Of a stretch of DNA of 64,000 nt, positions 49,147-58,695 are shown piece by piece. A model generated the notes under the pieces. That model saw nothing but the letters and a program-made list of their open reading frames with translations, searched no databases and was not told where the DNA came from. Both the position numbers and the translations under genes were made by a program. How positions within the stretch are numbered: position 1 is the stretch's first letter; every line of letters starts with the position of its first letter. Source of the stretch: an uncultured virus (IMG/VR IMGVR_UViG_3300049846_001482) (taxonomy: Duplodnaviria; Heunggongvirae; Uroviricota; Caudoviricetes); the IMG/VR virus record IMGVR_UViG_3300049846_001482; one strand, 5' to 3'.

Positions 49147-50283
49147 TTAAAAATTACGGCGGTAGCCACCGTAATCACTTCCTTGGCTCTCAAAGTCCAC
49201 CAGATTGACCAGCACCGAAATGGCGATGGCTAGGAAGATGGAGATACCAAGAAGCCAGTAGAATTCATTATCCGTCAGGATGATGGCTTGGTCAAGGTAC
49301 TTGTATTCCTTCATGGACTTGCGGAAGAAGTGCTTCTCCACGTTCTCGCCAATCGTCTTGATGATGGCGGGACGGTCCAGTTTGCCCACTTGCAAGATAC
49401 TGTCACGCATCTTGACCCTGAACATATCACTCTTGGCCCAAGCCAGCGTGTTGGTCCAGCGAATCATGCCATCAGGGTTAGTATCGATGAACACGATGAT
49501 GTCGTTCTTCTTGCCACCCAGCCAATGCTCCTTGACGGCGTAGAAGTATTCCTCCGACAGAGCAGGCGTGAAGAGGATGATGATATTGCACTGCTTCTTA
49601 GGACCGATGGCGGCATTGAGAGCAGTCAGATCCTTGTTCCACTGAGCCAACTCAGGGATGGAGACATTCCCGATGGGAAGAGCCCTATCAAGGATGGTGT
49701 CGTAGTCAGAGATGGCAGTGGGATAGGTCGGCAAGAAACTCTTGTAGCGTTCCTTGAAGCCCTGCTGACGAATGATAGTAGCCGAGTTGCCCTTGACATA
49801 GTTGACGTAGTTGCTCATGTGCATGTTGGGATCACCAGGCTTGAACTGCGTCCACCGGGGCGGCTCCTGCAGACCTTGGCGGTCAATGGTGGCGACACGG
49901 AAATCATCGCTGCCCATGCCCCAGGTGTAGAACACATTCCAGTCCACATCGAACTTATGCTCGTAGCAGGTCGAGCAGTGGCGAGTCGTCCAGCAGTGGC
50001 GAGAAGAGCCCGAACCAGAGCAATGCTCAGTTTCCCAGCAAGGAGGGCACTCGTAGCTATGGCGGCAATGAACCTCTTCACGCTTCTTGTCGGTGACGTG
50101 GCCGTTGATGACCTGCGTATCCGACTGCTTACCAGCCGAACAGCCAAAAACGGTGATGGTCATGACCAGCATGATGCCACCCACCTGAAAGGCGAGTTCC
50201 TTGACAGTCACACGCTTCCTGAAAAACAGGAAGTTCAGCAGCGAAATCAGGATGGCTGGGGCAACGATGTAGAGAAACAGCAT
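49147..50283 (-). CDS. membrane protein with Cys/His-rich region and possible TPM-like domain
   Basis: Two N-terminal TMs, C.HSY.C...C.TCYEH, W.GGKKND..V, C-terminal TM; GGAGG RBS. Confidence 0.75.
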   Translation of the reverse strand: MLFLYIVAPAILISLLNFLFFRKRVTVKELAFQVGGIMLVMTITVFGCSAGKQSDTQVINGHVTDKKREEVHCRHSYECPPCWETEHCSGSGSSRHCWTTRHCSTCYEHKFDVDWNVFYTWGMGSDDFRVATIDRQGLQEPPRWTQFKPGDPNMHMSNYVNYVKGNSATIIRQQGFKERYKSFLPTYPTAISDYDTILDRALPIGNVSIPELAQWNKDLTALNAAIGPKKQCNIIILFTPALSEEYFYAVKEHWLGGKKNDIIVFIDTNPDGMIRWTNTLAWAKSDMFRVKMRDSILQVGKLDRPAIIKTIGENVEKHFFRKSMKEYKYLDQAIILTDNEFYWLLGISIFLAIAISVLVNLVDFESQGSDYGGYRRNF

Positions 50284-50304
50284 ATCTTCCTCCGAGTTGA
50301 CACC

Positions 50305-50333
50305 ACTCTAACATAGTAAGTATTACTTGTCAA
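50305..50333 (-). promoter_or_regulatory. sigma70-like promoter
   Basis: TTGACA-17 nt-TAGAGT. Confidence 0.6.
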
Positions 50334-50342
50334 TAGTTGGTG

Positions 50343-50912
50343 TCAGCCCCTACTAAACCTTGCAAAAGCGTCATTTTCCATCCAGCCCCAGACAAAGAAT
50401 GGGTCAATCTCTGTGCCAATTTCTTTGTCAGGTTCTTGGTTGACCCAAACCGAGCCATTCCATTGGGCTGTGGTGACATAGGCTCCCCAATGCAGGATGG
50501 TCTTGGGTCCAATGGGATTCCCACTGTTGGTCTTGAGTTTGGGTGGCTGAGTCTTCCAACCTTGACGTTCAGCCAGCTCTCCCCGCCATTGGATGTACTG
50601 TTGAACAAGGTCGTTGCTCATGTCCTTTGAATGGGTTCTCTCAAACCGTTTGAAGGCAAGCGTTCTGTCAGCTCCGTTGGGAAACATGACAGTGACCAAC
50701 ATCTTTTGTTCCTCGTTGACCACGAGCGTATAAAAGCGACCATCCACATTGACCAGAAAGACCGATTTACCACCCTCCTCTTGACGAATGCGTGTGTAGT
50801 CGGTGTTGATGGCTTTAAGCAGATGATCAACTGATGTCTTTGAACGAAGGAAAAGACCAACTCGTTCCGCCGTCCGCTCAATGAAATGGTTATTGATCTG
50901 CGTGACCAACAT
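50343..50912 (-). CDS. hypothetical protein, possible RelE/DUF4258-like N-terminal domain
   Basis: INNHFIER..ER...LVV......LVTV pattern; GGAGG RBS. Confidence 0.5.
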   Translation of the reverse strand: MLVTQINNHFIERTAERVGLFLRSKTSVDHLLKAINTDYTRIRQEEGGKSVFLVNVDGRFYTLVVNEEQKMLVTVMFPNGADRTLAFKRFERTHSKDMSNDLVQQYIQWRGELAERQGWKTQPPKLKTNSGNPIGPKTILHWGAYVTTAQWNGSVWVNQEPDKEIGTEIDPFFVWGWMENDAFARFSRG

Positions 50913-50913
50913 A

Positions 50914-51465
50914 TCAGTCTCCTCCCCCACCGTCACCACCACCATCTCCACCACCGCTGTCACCACCAGAATCGCCACCCGAATCACCACCAGAGTCGCT
51001 TCCGCTATCAGAACCAGCATCGGCATCAGCGCTCTCGGCGGCGGCTTCGGCTTCAACCTCAGCCTCAGACATGGGTTCAGCATTTTCCGTGTTTTCCTCA
51101 ATCTCCATTTCTTGCTCTTCTTCCACAACCTGCTCATCCTTAGGCTCAGAACCCTTGGACCAAGATCCCGCAGGAGGCATCGTCTTCCCGTAAGAGGCAT
51201 AGGAAGAGGAGGAGCCCATATCGAAGTCGTAGAGCCACCAGATGTCATTGTCATCGGCATAGGCATAGTGACCTTGCCACTTGCCATCAGCCTGCTTGGT
51301 TGGCTTGAGCTTTACAACCTGCTCAACCTTCTTGGTGGCATGCTTGAAATGCTTATGTTCGTGAGATCTGTGAGCTATGGCAAAAAGCATCAAACCCAAG
51401 AGGGCTGCGAAGAAAAGCCCAAAGAATAAACCGTCTTCAGCCTGTCCTTTTTGATTAAACATCAC
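50914..51465 (-). CDS. membrane protein with acidic/Gly-rich (DSGG)n tail
   Basis: N-terminal TM; imperfect 12-nt tandem repeats at ~50925-51010. Confidence 0.7.
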   Translation of the reverse strand: MMFNQKGQAEDGLFFGLFFAALLGLMLFAIAHRSHEHKHFKHATKKVEQVVKLKPTKQADGKWQGHYAYADDNDIWWLYDFDMGSSSSYASYGKTMPPAGSWSKGSEPKDEQVVEEEQEMEIEENTENAEPMSEAEVEAEAAAESADADAGSDSGSDSGGDSGGDSGGDSGGGDGGGDGGGGD

Positions 51466-51471
51466 TTTCTC

Positions 51472-51672
51472 CTATAGCTTGATGCCAGCATCTTTAGCGG
51501 CATAGTAAAGGTTTGCATGTCCGCATGGGCAAGTGTCCATGCCGTCATCATCACAGCCATCTTCATGAGAGTGGGCTATTTTGGTCCTCGAAAGGACTTC
51601 CCCAAGCTTCTTGATGGCAGGATGTTTTGCCAACTGCTCAGGGGTTAGGGACTTGATCTCGGCGTCAGTCAT
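51472..51672 (-). CDS. small hypothetical protein
   Basis: ORF from MTDAE overlapping the pncB end. Confidence 0.5.
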   Translation of the reverse strand: MTDAEIKSLTPEQLAKHPAIKKLGEVLSRTKIAHSHEDGCDDDGMDTCPCGHANLYYAAKDAGIKL

Positions 51673-52849
51673 GGATTTGGAAGACCTTCTTGAGATAGGC
51701 AAGGAAGACATCATCGTTGCACATCGTCTTGCCACGGGCTTCGCTGATCTTGGCGACAGGGCTTCCATTACATTCCGTCATCTTCATGACGATTTGCAGG
51801 GCTTCGTCACCGAAGTCATTGGTGAGCGACGTGCCGATGCCGAAGAGAGCATTCATCTTGGGCGTCTGCTTCTTGAGTTCGATGGCACTGTCGATGGTCA
51901 GACCATCCGAGAAGATGATGGTCTTGGTCTTGGGGTCGATGCCCAACTTCTCGTAGTGAGCCACCATGCGGTTGTAGACATCAATGGGATCACCCGAATC
52001 CTGACGGATGCCATCGTAGAGCTTGGCGAAGTAGAGGTTGAAGTCACGCAGGAAGGCATCAAAGCCAAGCGTGTCAGCCAGAGCAATGCCCAGCGATCCA
52101 GGATATTCGTCCTGCCAACGCTGGAGGGCGACCTTCTGGAAGTCCTGCAGCCGAACCAAGGCCTGATGAGCCATGAACCACTCGTGGGCATGGGTTCCCT
52201 TGCAGGGGATGTTGTACTTGCGGGCAAAGTAGACGTTGCTGGTGCCGATGAGGTTGGCAGGGACATGCTCTTTGAGCAGACCGATGACCCGATCCTGATG
52301 CTCGAAGTAGCGGCGACGACGAGTGCCGAATTCCATGATCTTGACGAGTTCACTGTTGAGGACCGAAGCCCTCTGTAGGTTGCCGATCTTGGTCATCAGG
52401 CGCTGCACCGCAACACCAGTCTCGGCATCCAGTTGTTCCTTAGTCTTGCCGTTGGTGAAGTAGATCTCGTTGACGATGGCGAGAATGGGGACTTCGGCAA
52501 GAATGGTGTTGAGCCATGTGCCATGAACATCCACTTGGAGGTCGCCATTCTTGTCGATGTAGATGTCGATGCGGTTGGCGTCATTCCGATAGATGAAGAG
52601 GTAGTTGAGGAAGTCCTCTTTGAAGAGTCCGAGCGACTTCAGATAGCTCAACTCGTCAAACTGAAAAGTCAGCTTGCGGAAGGCTTCGATCTCCGACTTG
52701 ATGAACTCAAGATAGGGGCGGAAATCAATCCCCTTATTGCGGCACTTGAATTCGTATTTCACCCCAGCCGTAGGCTGCTGATGAAAGACGGCCTGCATCA
52801 TGGTGAGTTTGTAGAGATCGGTGTCGAGCAGCGATTTGATGATTGCCAT
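51665..52849 (-). CDS. pncB: nicotinate phosphoribosyltransferase
   Basis: SLLDTDLYKLTM, EFGTRRR, GTSNV, GT.AHEW, GIRQDSGDP, IFSDGL, FGIGT.LTND, KMTECNG.PVAKIS (E. coli PncB-like). Confidence 0.95.
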   Translation of the reverse strand: MAIIKSLLDTDLYKLTMMQAVFHQQPTAGVKYEFKCRNKGIDFRPYLEFIKSEIEAFRKLTFQFDELSYLKSLGLFKEDFLNYLFIYRNDANRIDIYIDKNGDLQVDVHGTWLNTILAEVPILAIVNEIYFTNGKTKEQLDAETGVAVQRLMTKIGNLQRASVLNSELVKIMEFGTRRRRYFEHQDRVIGLLKEHVPANLIGTSNVYFARKYNIPCKGTHAHEWFMAHQALVRLQDFQKVALQRWQDEYPGSLGIALADTLGFDAFLRDFNLYFAKLYDGIRQDSGDPIDVYNRMVAHYEKLGIDPKTKTIIFSDGLTIDSAIELKKQTPKMNALFGIGTSLTNDFGDEALQIVMKMTECNGSPVAKISEARGKTMCNDDVFLAYLKKVFQIHD

Positions 52850-52852
52850 GAC

Positions 52853-53320
52853 TTATCCTCGATTCTTAAAGAGATAGCGCCAAACAAGTTGAGCGCCAAA
52901 GACCGTCAGAAGCCAAGCCCGTCCAAAGAACGACTTCTTCTTGAAGTGAAGCTCATAGATGAGGTCGTAGCCCATCCGAGCAAACCACTCCTTATTCCGG
53001 TCCTCTTCGTTCATTGCATGGATGACGATTGTTTCTTCGGGGATAACACCGTGGGGTTCGAATTCAATCCCCCATGCAGTCGAAACCAACATTCGATTGA
53101 GGCACCTCTCATCGTAGACGCTTACTGCCTCAAAAGGATGGTCCGAACCACAACCGCAGTCCTCTTCGTGAGCCAACTTCACCTTCATCTTGTGCTGCTT
53201 CAAGAAGGGTGTAGTCAAGAAACCTTGTTCATCCAGTCTTAACTGCTTCTTCTCAAACCACTTCTCACATGGCTTGGAGCTGAACTTGACGATGGTTCCC
53301 TTGGGGACGATGATCTTCAC
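52853..53320 (-). CDS. hypothetical protein
   Basis: 155 aa, AGGAG RBS. Confidence 0.6.
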   Translation of the reverse strand: MKIIVPKGTIVKFSSKPCEKWFEKKQLRLDEQGFLTTPFLKQHKMKVKLAHEEDCGCGSDHPFEAVSVYDERCLNRMLVSTAWGIEFEPHGVIPEETIVIHAMNEEDRNKEWFARMGYDLIYELHFKKKSFFGRAWLLTVFGAQLVWRYLFKNRG

Positions 53321-53328
53321 GACTTCTC

Positions 53329-53601
53329 CTAAAGTTTGCTCATCAGGGCAGCAATGGCCATCCTGTCAATGCCGCTCAGTTCTACGAGTTTAGGAGAACC
53401 AACCTCTCTGATCATGTTGAGAACTTGCCTCGTCACCCATTTCTCACAAGCAGCCTGCGCCAGTTCGATGGTCTCGTAGTCATTATTGTCGGACCACGCT
53501 AGATTCTTCTCCACCCAGTGCCATTTCTTCCTACCCTGACTCTCAACCTCAAAGGTAAAGAGTCCGCAGATGAGTTGGCGTTTCTTCCACTTGAGAGCCA
53601 T
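53329..53601 (-). CDS. hypothetical protein
   Basis: 90 aa, GGAGG RBS. Confidence 0.6.
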   Translation of the reverse strand: MALKWKKRQLICGLFTFEVESQGRKKWHWVEKNLAWSDNNDYETIELAQAACEKWVTRQVLNMIREVGSPKLVELSGIDRMAIAALMSKL

Positions 53602-53817
53602 GACTAATCCTCCTCCTTCTTCATCCGTTGACGGACGATGCGCCGAGCAGTGCGATGCTCTTTCTTGACACCCTCGGAGCGGGCCTTTTTGGAACGCCGA
53701 TTGCGGTAGGACTCAGCAGGATACTTGTCATGCCCAGGGCAGCAAGACCCCAAGAACTTGAGTTGCTTGATTTCCCTCTTCATCGTAGCTCCAAAGTATC
53801 ACTTTCCTAGTTGCTTG

Positions 53818-54174
53818 TCAAGCCCTGTGTTCTCTGGTATTTGCCACTTCGGCCAGAGCGTCTATGGCAATGTGAGGTCCGAGAATCCTCTTGCCTTCGT
53901 AGAGAAAGGTCTCTCGGACCTCGTGTTCCATTGCCTGTAGGACTGCCAAGAAGGCTGTCTTGACCACTTCGCCCTTGACCATGTAAGGGGAGATGTAGAA
54001 CTTCCTCCCCTTTTGCAGCTCCATTTCTTGGGTGTAGATGTCCCTGTCCATGAAGCTGACCTGAAGCAGCCAGCCCCTATCAGAGATGGGTTCAAGAAGG
54101 AACTTCCAGTCCTTGAACTCGATCTTGCTGATGATCTCAGCGACTTGCTCTTTGGTCATGGCTGGCTGGTTCAT
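53818..54174 (-). CDS. conserved phage-type hypothetical protein
   Basis: Q.GRK.YIS.Y....EVVKTAF.A...A.EHEVRE.F.Y...R..GPH pattern; GAGG RBS. Confidence 0.7.
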   Translation of the reverse strand: MNQPAMTKEQVAEIISKIEFKDWKFLLEPISDRGWLLQVSFMDRDIYTQEMELQKGRKFYISPYMVKGEVVKTAFLAVLQAMEHEVRETFLYEGKRILGPHIAIDALAEVANTREHRA

Positions 54175-54178
54175 GGCA

Positions 54179-54829
54179 TCACCTCACCAAGATGATGTCG
54201 TCAGCATTGGCGACGATCTTGATGCCCACAGCTTCCATGTCCTTGATGGCAGCAGCCGTGGTCTCGGCGGTGATGCCTCGGCAAGCCGCCAGATTGATGA
54301 TGACATCAAAGCCAGCCTTGCGGAGTTGCAGAGCCGTGGTCTTCACGCAGTAGTCGGTGGCCAGCCCGCCCACGATGACCGTGTTGACGTACTTGCCCTT
54401 CAAGAACTCGATGACGCCGGTGCTGCGCTTGTCAGCGAGGTCGTGGTAGCAAGCCCCATAGGGGTGGCTGTCGGCTTCGATGCCCTTGTAGGCCACGAAG
54501 TCGTAGTCCAGCGGAGCAGGCAGGCCGGGCAGGAAGGCGAAGCCCTGCGTTCCCACTTCGCAGTGACGGTTCCAACGGATGTCCACGTTGGCGGTCCCCA
54601 CAGGGCTGAACTGGGGATGCGCCTCGTCAGCGATCCAGTCACCCTTGGGGTTGTGGGCGTCCTTGCTGGCCACACGAAGATGGGCCTTGGTGGCTTGCTT
54701 GTTCAGTTGGAAGACGATGTTGTGTCCGTCTTCCACGGGCAGCTCGTTGGGGCAGAGAGGAGTGAAACCCTGCTGCGGGTCCACATCGAAGCTTGCGGTG
54801 TCCTTGCTCACTACATATACCTTTTCCAT
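54179..54829 (-). CDS. pncA: nicotinamidase (isochorismatase family)
   Basis: DVD.Q.GF, D.H, W..HC..GT.G, YKG, GGLATDYCV catalytic motifs. Confidence 0.93.
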   Translation of the reverse strand: MEKVYVVSKDTASFDVDPQQGFTPLCPNELPVEDGHNIVFQLNKQATKAHLRVASKDAHNPKGDWIADEAHPQFSPVGTANVDIRWNRHCEVGTQGFAFLPGLPAPLDYDFVAYKGIEADSHPYGACYHDLADKRSTGVIEFLKGKYVNTVIVGGLATDYCVKTTALQLRKAGFDVIINLAACRGITAETTAAAIKDMEAVGIKIVANADDIILVR

Positions 54830-54831
54830 GA

Positions 54832-55812
54832 CTATTCTCCTTTGTTATTCTGCGCCCTCAGTAGGTGCGCTTTGAGTAGGGTGTAGAGAACCCTGTGTTC
54901 TGGAACGAAGATCTCTTCGTCCAGTCTTTCAATGTCGAACCATTTCAGTTCGGCAATATCGTCGGCGGCTTTCGGCTCACCAACGAAGTCGTAGATGGCA
55001 TAGAGCGAAGTCATGATGCCGTCTTGTTCGTTTCGATAGCGCCAGTCGTCGATCTTGGCGCTTCCGCAGTAGATGGGTTCTCCCAGACCACGCAGACCCG
55101 TCTCTTCTGCAGCCTCACGCTGAACAGCCACTTCCTTTGAGGCATCCTGATTGATGTCCACGAAGCCACCAATGAAACGCCACTTGCCATCGGGGTCGTT
55201 CTCCTTACGGGCAAGCAAAAGGCGATATGTGGGCTTGTCGATGATGGCTGCATCAACGGTAGTGTAGCTGGTGGGGAAGCGGTCAAAGCAGCAGGCAATC
55301 CAAGCCTCACGGACCTCTTCCGAGTCAAAGGCATCTCCGCTCTCATCGCTGAAAAGAGCCTCGATCATCTTGCGGATATCCGACCCCGACACGGTGCGAC
55401 GGGCTTCCAGCGAGACGGTGGGAAAAACACCCTTGTAATAGGGGATGAACCCATCACGGCTTCCATAGAGCGTGACAGGGCCGTTGGGGTAGGCTTTGCG
55501 GATTTTCTCGTCAAGGGTCTTCGACCAGAGGACATGGTGGTTCACGTCCTTGATCTCAAGGATCTTCATGATGGGGTCGCCAGGAACGCCTTTGAAGGCA
55601 TTCATGATCATCTTCTTACGGGCTTTGAACGGGAGGGGGTTGTAGCGGCTTGCTTTGATGGGCGAAGTGCCTAAAAAAACCAAAACCTTTTCATGACGCT
55701 CAAAAACGTCATTGAAAAGGTCAATGTGGCCTTCGGTAAGTTTTGGGACTTGGAATCGCCCGACGATGACGCCAATGCCAGGCTGCTTGAGTTGCTTGAA
55801 TGCGTTGCTCAT
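54832..55812 (-). CDS. bifunctional NMN/NaMN adenylyltransferase - Nudix (ADP-ribose pyrophosphatase-like), NadM-Nudix type
   Basis: GVIVGRFQ...TEGH, NPL.F..R..M, SGS.IR; Nudix box GGFVD....E.A..RE..EETG; A.DD. Confidence 0.92.
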   Translation of the reverse strand: MSNAFKQLKQPGIGVIVGRFQVPKLTEGHIDLFNDVFERHEKVLVFLGTSPIKASRYNPLPFKARKKMIMNAFKGVPGDPIMKILEIKDVNHHVLWSKTLDEKIRKAYPNGPVTLYGSRDGFIPYYKGVFPTVSLEARRTVSGSDIRKMIEALFSDESGDAFDSEEVREAWIACCFDRFPTSYTTVDAAIIDKPTYRLLLARKENDPDGKWRFIGGFVDINQDASKEVAVQREAAEETGLRGLGEPIYCGSAKIDDWRYRNEQDGIMTSLYAIYDFVGEPKAADDIAELKWFDIERLDEEIFVPEHRVLYTLLKAHLLRAQNNKGE

Positions 55813-55874
55813 TGCTCTACTCCTTTTTCTACTGCCCTAGTGGGTCAGTTTTGTGAGAGCCGATATTCAGTTGT

Positions 55875-56231
55875 TTATCTTGGATTGATTATACCAATTT
55901 CTGGAGCGTTGTCAAGAACTATTTTTGGTAATTCCTTGGTCATGTCCCAATCGAAAAAAACGTTGCATTTTAAGCAAACTTTATCCAATTGACATTCTAT
56001 GTGTTCGGCGTCCTCTAAGAAATCGTTGGATTCGATTCCATAGAGCCACCCGTGTTCACGACAGACCCTCTCTACTTCTTCGTCACAACGAGGACAGTGC
56101 CAGAGGTTGTAGTAACGAATGTGGTCTTCTCTGGCGGCAGCATGATGTCCACCACGCCTACTGGACGCCTCTTTGATGTCGTCAGTTCTATCAGGGAGTT
56201 TTTCGCTTGAAACGAATTTGGTTCTTTTCAT
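55875..56231 (-). CDS. hypothetical protein with MKRTKF tag and CxxC motifs
   Basis: 118 aa; CPRC and CLKC. Confidence 0.65.
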   Translation of the reverse strand: MKRTKFVSSEKLPDRTDDIKEASSRRGGHHAAAREDHIRYYNLWHCPRCDEEVERVCREHGWLYGIESNDFLEDAEHIECQLDKVCLKCNVFFDWDMTKELPKIVLDNAPEIGIINPR

Positions 56232-56380
56232 TGACGGTCCCTATCTTTCCCCTTGGGGTGGCCGGTCCTGGAGGTCTATGTACTCTAGCGGCCAGGTATG
56301 AAGGAGCGGCTAGGGTCTGGATTGCCCAGGTCTATATTAGCAGCCGCAGGGTTTCTTTGGATCAAACATTTTAGACTCCT

Positions 56381-56728
56381 TTATTTGAGGGATTTTAGAA
56401 TAGCAATGAGCCTTTCTGAGCCTTCGTTCTTATTGACAAAATAGACACCCTCATGCTTGGGTGTGTAGTCTTTGGAACTGAAAACGATGACATGCTTTTT
56501 CTTCAATATCTTGTTGGACTTTATCTTCTCAACAAATTCCTCTCCACCAAAGTCGCCCATGTCTAGATCGGTGATAATGCAAAACATGGAGTTTTGTGTC
56601 AAGACATGGAGGGCTTCCTTGCCGTTTAAAGCCTCAAATATGGCTACGTCAGGGAAGACACTTTTGATTCGAGAACTGAGCATTCTCCTTATGGTAGGAG
56701 AATCATCAGTGATAAGAAAGCCCCTCAT
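56381..56728 (-). CDS. single-domain response regulator (CheY-like receiver)
   Basis: LITDDS, EA.NG.EAL, IITDLDM (phospho-Asp), VIVFSS, conserved Lys. Confidence 0.88.
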   Translation of the reverse strand: MRGFLITDDSPTIRRMLSSRIKSVFPDVAIFEALNGKEALHVLTQNSMFCIITDLDMGDFGGEEFVEKIKSNKILKKKHVIVFSSKDYTPKHEGVYFVNKNEGSERLIAILKSLK

Positions 56729-56732
56729 AACA

Positions 56733-56750
56733 TATTACTTTTCTATAAAA
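56733..56750 (-). promoter_or_regulatory. putative phage-specific motif, copy 3
   Basis: TTTTATAGAAAAGTAATA ending 4 nt before the receiver ATG. Confidence 0.5.
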
Positions 56751-56751
56751 T

Positions 56752-57435
56752 CTACTCAGCTATCTTTACCCTGACCTTCTTCTTTATTACACGGCATACA
56801 CGCCAAAACAGTTTCCCGTTGGCGTAGACTATTCTTTCAGAGGGAATAGACTCCAAGAGCGTAACATCAACGTTTTCAACCTCTTTTTGCTTCCACTCAC
56901 ATTTGGTGTCAAACTTCTCCTGCACTTCATAGACAGGACCAGTGTCATTAAAGCGATCAAATGGGTATTTGTAGGCTATCGGCATATCGCCCGTAACACC
57001 CCTCTTGGGGTCTACCCAATTAGGGTTGATTCCAAACGTCTTCAAGGTATCATCATATCCAGGTATGCCAAACATGCTCTTAGAGGCGTCAATCCACTGC
57101 CCCTTGTCCCAAATGAACCATCGCCACTCCCATCCCTTCCACTTAATCTCTAGGTCGCTCATTCTACGCCTGATCAAAACAGCATTCTTGATGCTGGGGT
57201 GAGCAGCAAAGATGACTATCTTATCCTTATCTGCGGCCACTGGAGCTGCCGCATCATAAAGAGCGGAGAATTTCTTGTTAAGATGTAGATCTCCATCAAG
57301 TCTATCGACCAACATGTGTTTGTCGCTCATCTTACTCACAAGCCAATAGGACTTCTCATATTTGTCCTGTGCAAAGGACAGAGAAGCCAAGAAAATAAGA
57401 TACAATAGCAGGTAAATGTTTTTCACATCCCACAC
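56752..57435 (-). CDS. secreted hypothetical protein
   Basis: Signal-peptide-like IYLLLYLIFLASLSFA. Confidence 0.65.
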   Translation of the reverse strand: MWDVKNIYLLLYLIFLASLSFAQDKYEKSYWLVSKMSDKHMLVDRLDGDLHLNKKFSALYDAAAPVAADKDKIVIFAAHPSIKNAVLIRRRMSDLEIKWKGWEWRWFIWDKGQWIDASKSMFGIPGYDDTLKTFGINPNWVDPKRGVTGDMPIAYKYPFDRFNDTGPVYEVQEKFDTKCEWKQKEVENVDVTLLESIPSERIVYANGKLFWRVCRVIKKKVRVKIAE

Positions 57436-57873
57436 CCTCCAACTGACCCACAGCCACCATAGCTGGGACGTGGTTGAGCATCTGAACGCAGAGTAAGCCT
57501 TTCCCTCTGTTCCATGATCTTCTCAAGATTCTTCTGAGCAGCAGCCAACTTATGCCGAGCCTTTTCCTTCTCAATAGCCTCGGCCTTCGCCTTCTTTGCA
57601 GCCTCAATCTTGGCCTTGGCCTCTTTTTCGGCCTCGACCTGCATATGCGGCTTGTCAGTTAGGTATCGAAAGCGGTCTACCATTTCAGCCCTCGTGGATA
57701 TGACATTCACGCATGGCATCTCGAAGCCGTTGCCCTGCGTTCTGATCAGTGTCGCAGAGATGGGGCAGCACTTTGGCTCCGTCCTGCTCAAGCAAGTCGG
57801 CTACCTCTCTCAGACTCCTGACGAGGACATCGACTTTCTTTTGTGGTGTCTTCTGTAATTGTTCGTAGGTCAT
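57423..57873 (-). CDS. two small ORFs (57423..57683, 57685..57873)
   Basis: ORF track, packed. Confidence 0.5.
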
Positions 57874-58682
57874 GATTTCACCAGATCAATCTCGACGTTG
57901 GCTTCCCAGTCAGCGGTCAGTATGCCATCGGAGTGGAAGATGAGCTCATAGATGCCATCAATGACATCCTTTGGCTCAAGCACCGAGTACTTGATGCCGA
58001 CATTCATGCCCTTGAAGTCAAGAATGGAAGTCCTGTAGTCAAAGAACGAAGAACGGCAGACAGGGCAACCACCCTCACCCACCTTCTTGTAGTTCTTGAG
58101 AAGAAAGGCTTCGATGGCGACAGGGTTCAAGTCCCCATGCTCTTGTCGGAAGCAGACATTGGAGACACCCAGTTTACGGGCATGAGCCAAATAGGTCTTC
58201 ATGTCGGCAACAGACATGTCCTTGATGACGCAGTTGAACGTCAGCTTCTTTCCGAGACTCTTGGCATAGAGTTCAAGCATGGGAGTGTCGGGAATGTTCT
58301 GGGTTTTGAAGATCTTGTAGTTTTCTTCGGTGAGCCAGTGATGACGGCTAATGTTTACGTGATCAACAGAACGGTTGACCGCCTCAAGGCACTTGTAGAG
58401 TTTGACGCCGTTGGTGGTAAGGACGACCTTCTTGTATTTCTTTCTGCGTGACTGCAAGAGGTCCAGTGTGTCGAGAAGGAGGGGGCTGAGGGTTGGTTCG
58501 CCCCCAGTGATGGAGACTTGATAGAAGCATTGAGGCAGCGTGTCGAGGATGTATTCCAACTTCTCAAGCCATTTGCTATCGGTAGGCTTCTGGTACCAAA
58601 AGCAAAAATCGCACTTCGCTTGGCAGGGGCCAGGAAGCACGATTGAGAGGTTGGGGTTTTCGTAGAACAGCTCGCTCTTCAT
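57870..58682 (-). CDS. radical SAM protein
   Basis: CQAKCDFC (CxxxCxxC), [19 protein letters not shown] motifs. Confidence 0.92.
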   Translation of the reverse strand: MKSELFYENPNLSIVLPGPCQAKCDFCFWYQKPTDSKWLEKLEYILDTLPQCFYQVSITGGEPTLSPLLLDTLDLLQSRRKKYKKVVLTTNGVKLYKCLEAVNRSVDHVNISRHHWLTEENYKIFKTQNIPDTPMLELYAKSLGKKLTFNCVIKDMSVADMKTYLAHARKLGVSNVCFRQEHGDLNPVAIEAFLLKNYKKVGEGGCPVCRSSFFDYRTSILDFKGMNVGIKYSVLEPKDVIDGIYELIFHSDGILTADWEANVEIDLVKS

Positions 58683-58695
58683 CGCTGCCTAAAAG

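Noticed and set aside
51665..52849. NARP1 Namat or NARP2 Nampt
   Set aside because: Motifs and length fit PncB, and the presence of PncA and NadE fits the deamidated route.
56235..56380. 10-aa mini-ORF MFDPKKPCGC (56337..56369, AGGAG RBS) followed by a GC-rich spacer, as a leader peptide or riboswitch
   Set aside because: Too short to support, and I could not derive a convincing fold.
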